The notes under the pieces: generated by a model
Databases searched by the model: none
Seen by the model: the letters and a program-made list of their open reading frames with translations, nothing else
What the model was told of the DNA's origin: nothing
Source of the DNA: the human T2T-CHM13v2.0 reference genome, Homo sapiens
Reading direction: 5' to 3' (one strand)
Length of the DNA stretch: 64,000 nucleotides
NCBI RefSeq assembly: GCF_009914755.1
Contig: NC_060937.1
Shown here: piece after piece, positions 61,801-64,000 of the stretch
Position numbering within the stretch: the first letter of the stretch is position 1
Layout: each line of letters begins with the position of its first letter
Program-made: the position numbers and the translations under genes

Positions 61801-64000
61801 AAGTACATCAAATATATATTTTATTCTGTACATAAAATATCAAAGTACACCAAATATATATTCTATAGTTTACATAAAATATCAAAGTACCCAAACTATA
61901 CATTATATACTGTACGTAAAATATGAAATTACATCAAATATATATTATATTAGGTACATAAAATATGAAAGTACATCAAATATAAATTTTATACTGCACA
62001 TAAAATGCCAAAGTACCCCAAATATATATTATATACTGTACATGCAATATCAAAGTTCACAAACTATATATTATATACTGTACATAAAATATCAAAGTAC
62101 CGAAGGTATATATTCTATACTGTACAAAAAATATCAAAGTACGCAAAGCATGTATTATATACTGTACATAAAATATGAAAGTACATCAAATATATATTTT
62201 ATTCTGTACATAAAATATCAAAGTACACCAAATATATATTCTATAGTGTACATAAAATATCAAATTACCCAAACTATACATTATATACTGTACATAAAAT
62301 ATGAAATTACATCAAATATATATTATATTAGGTACATAAAATATGAAAGTACATCAAATATAGATTATATACTGTACATAAAATATCAAAGTACCCCAAA
62401 TATATATTATATACTGTACATGAAATATCAAAGTTCACAAACTATATATTATATACTGTACATAAAATATCAAAGTACCCAAGGTATATATTCTATACTG
62501 TACAAAAAATATCAAAGTACCCAAAGCATGTATTATATACTGTACATAAAATATGAAAGTACATCAAATAAATATTTTATTCTGTACATAAAATATCAAA
62601 GTACACCAAATATATATTCTATAGTGTACATAAAATATCAAATTACCCAAACTATACATTATATACTGTACATAAAATATGAAATTACATCAAATATATA
62701 TTATATTAGGTACATAAAATATGAAAGTACATCAAATATAGATTATATACTGTACATAAAATATCAAAGTACCCCAAATATATATTATATACTGTACATG
62801 AAATATCAAAGTTCACAAACTATATATTATATACTGTACATAAAATATCAAAGTACCCAAGGTATATATTCTATACTGTACAAAAAATATCAAAGTACCC
62901 AAAGCATGTATTATATACTGTACATAAAATATGAAAGTACATCAAATAAATATTTTATTCTGTACATAAAATATCAAAGTACACCAAATATATATTCTAT
63001 AGTGTACATAAAATATCAAAGTACCCAAACTATGCATTATAAACTGTACATAAAATATGAAATTACATCAAATATATATTATATTATGTACATAAAATAT
63101 GAAAGTACATCAAATATAGATTATATACTGTACATGAAATACCAAAGTACCCCAAATAAATATTTTATACTGTACATGCAATATCAAAGTTCACAAACTA
63201 TATATTATATACTGTACATAAAATATCAAAGTACCCAAGGTATATATTCTATACTGTACAAAAAATATCAAAGTACCCAAAGCATGTATTATATACTGTA
63301 CATAAAATAAGAAAGTACATCAAATATATATTTTATTCTGTACATAAAATATCAAAGTACACCAAATATATATTCTATAGTGTACATAAAAAAACAAAGT
63401 ACCCAAACTATACATTATATACTGTACATAAAATATGAAATTACATCAAATATATATTATATTAGGTACATAAAATATGAAAGTAGATCAAATATAAATT
63501 ATATACAGTACATAAAATACCAAAGTAACCCAAATATATATTATATACTGTACATGCAATATCAAAGTTCACAAACTATATATCATATACTGTACATAAA
63601 ATATCAAAGTACCGAAGGTATATATTCTATACTGTACAAAAAATATCAAAGTACGCAAAGCATGTATTATATACTGTACATAAAATATGAAAGTACATCA
63701 AATATATATTTTATTCTGTACATAAAATATCAAAGTACACCAAATATATATTCTATAGTGTACATAAAATATCAAAGTACCCAAACTATACATTATATAC
63801 TGTACATAAAATATGAAACTACATCAAATATATATTATAATAGGTACATAAAATATGAAAGTACATCAAATATTAATTATATACTGTACATAAAATACCA
63901 AAGAACACCAAATATATATTATATACTGTACATGAAATATCAAAGTTCACAAACTATATATTATATACTGTATATAAAATATCAAAGTACCCAAGGTATA
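55900..64000 (+). repeat. Direct duplication, about 56050-57450 copied at about 62600-64000 (offset 6550 bp)
   Basis: Shared rare variants: TATGCATTATAAAC 56481/63031, ATAAAATAAGAAAG stop 56760/63310, AAGTAGATCA 56931/63481, CAAAGTAACC 56971/63521, GAAACTACA and ATAATAGG 57266-57292/63816-63842. Confidence 0.88.

Larger units (their letters stand above)
1..64000 (+). repeat. Human satellite 1A (HSat1A/SAR, classical satellite I): 42-bp monomer tandem array, single orientation, extending beyond both window edges
   Basis: Seen: continuous 42-bp periodicity, e.g. GTACATAAAATATCAAA+GTACCCAAACTATACATTATATACT (17+25 bp between GTAC sites), A-rich/G-poor + strand throughout, almost no CpG. Established: human satellite I consists of alternating 17-bp A and 25-bp B RsaI units forming a 42-bp monomer, and HSat1A has a 378-bp 9-mer HOR. 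Species and family assigned from recall of the consensus, not from a search; the chromosome cannot be determined. Confidence 0.95.
39180..64000 (+). repeat. Canonical 378-bp 9-mer HOR domain, right flank (about 65 units)
   Basis: Order 1-9, 378 spacing (e.g. monomer-1 ATG at 39495, 39873, 40251, 40629; 44028, 44406, 44784); TTCTATAGTG and AGCATG markers; 14-mer markers absent. Confidence 0.94.

Noticed and set aside
47-63310. All + strand ORFs as protein-coding genes
   Set aside because: They are translations of a 14-codon satellite monomer; starts and stops are set by satellite SNPs and indels. There is no domain, splice structure or unique sequence.
1-64000. CRISPR-like array (conserved TATACTGTACATAAAATAT with a TGTACA palindrome, alternating with variable segments)
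   Set aside because: The variable segments are homologous to each other and cycle with period 9 or 14; there are no unique spacers, leader or cas genes.
1-64000. Inversions, embedded Alu/L1, HSat1B, alpha satellite or CENP-B boxes
   Set aside because: None seen on reading: strand polarity is constant and no GC-rich or non-42-bp sequence interrupts the array. A very short insert could have been missed by eye.
1-64000. TATA-box, poly(A)-signal or bacterial -10 promoter motifs
   Set aside because: TATATA, TATAAA and AATAAA matches are expected by chance in about 80% AT repeat DNA, and no supporting context exists.
1-64000. Assignment to a specific human chromosome
   Set aside because: HSat1A occurs on several chromosomes (e.g. 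3, 4, 13 and other acrocentrics), and the window has no unique flank; assignment needs k-mer mapping to a T2T assembly.

Overview
The whole 64 kb window is one uninterrupted, single-orientation, AT-rich (roughly 80% AT, estimated from monomer counts) tandem satellite of 42-bp monomers. Each monomer carries two GTAC (RsaI) sites, giving alternating 17 + 25 bp subunits. This matches human Satellite 1A (HSat1A / SAR / classical satellite I), a (peri)centromeric and acrocentric short-arm satellite. I see no genes, RNA genes, transposons, CRISPR array or unique sequence; every ORF in the track is an artefact of a 42-bp (14-codon) monomer with one stop-free frame. The informative content is higher-order structure. 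The canonical 378-bp 9-monomer higher-order repeat (HOR) occupies about 1-2180, a small island at about 8935-10970, and about 39180-64000. Embedded in it is a roughly 35 kb domain (about 2180-8934 and 10970-39179) built from a derived 587-bp 14-monomer HOR with its own fixed diagnostic variants, including one KpnI site per unit. Superimposed are 755-bp 18-mers, 6/12/13/24/26-mer structural variants, and nested kb-scale duplications (offsets 1512, 1764/2142, 2348/2935, 3779, about 4690, 5667, 6550 and 7843 bp). Monomer numbering used below, by translated signature: 1=SSQT, 2=STQG, 3=KKYQSTQS, 4=ESTSNIYF, 5=STPNIYS, 6=STQTIH, 7=EITSN, 8=ESTSNID, 9=STPNIYY. I found no new protein-coding or defence system. 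The best candidate for something undescribed is the 587-bp HOR subfamily and the recombination pattern that built it; I cannot verify its novelty without a database search.
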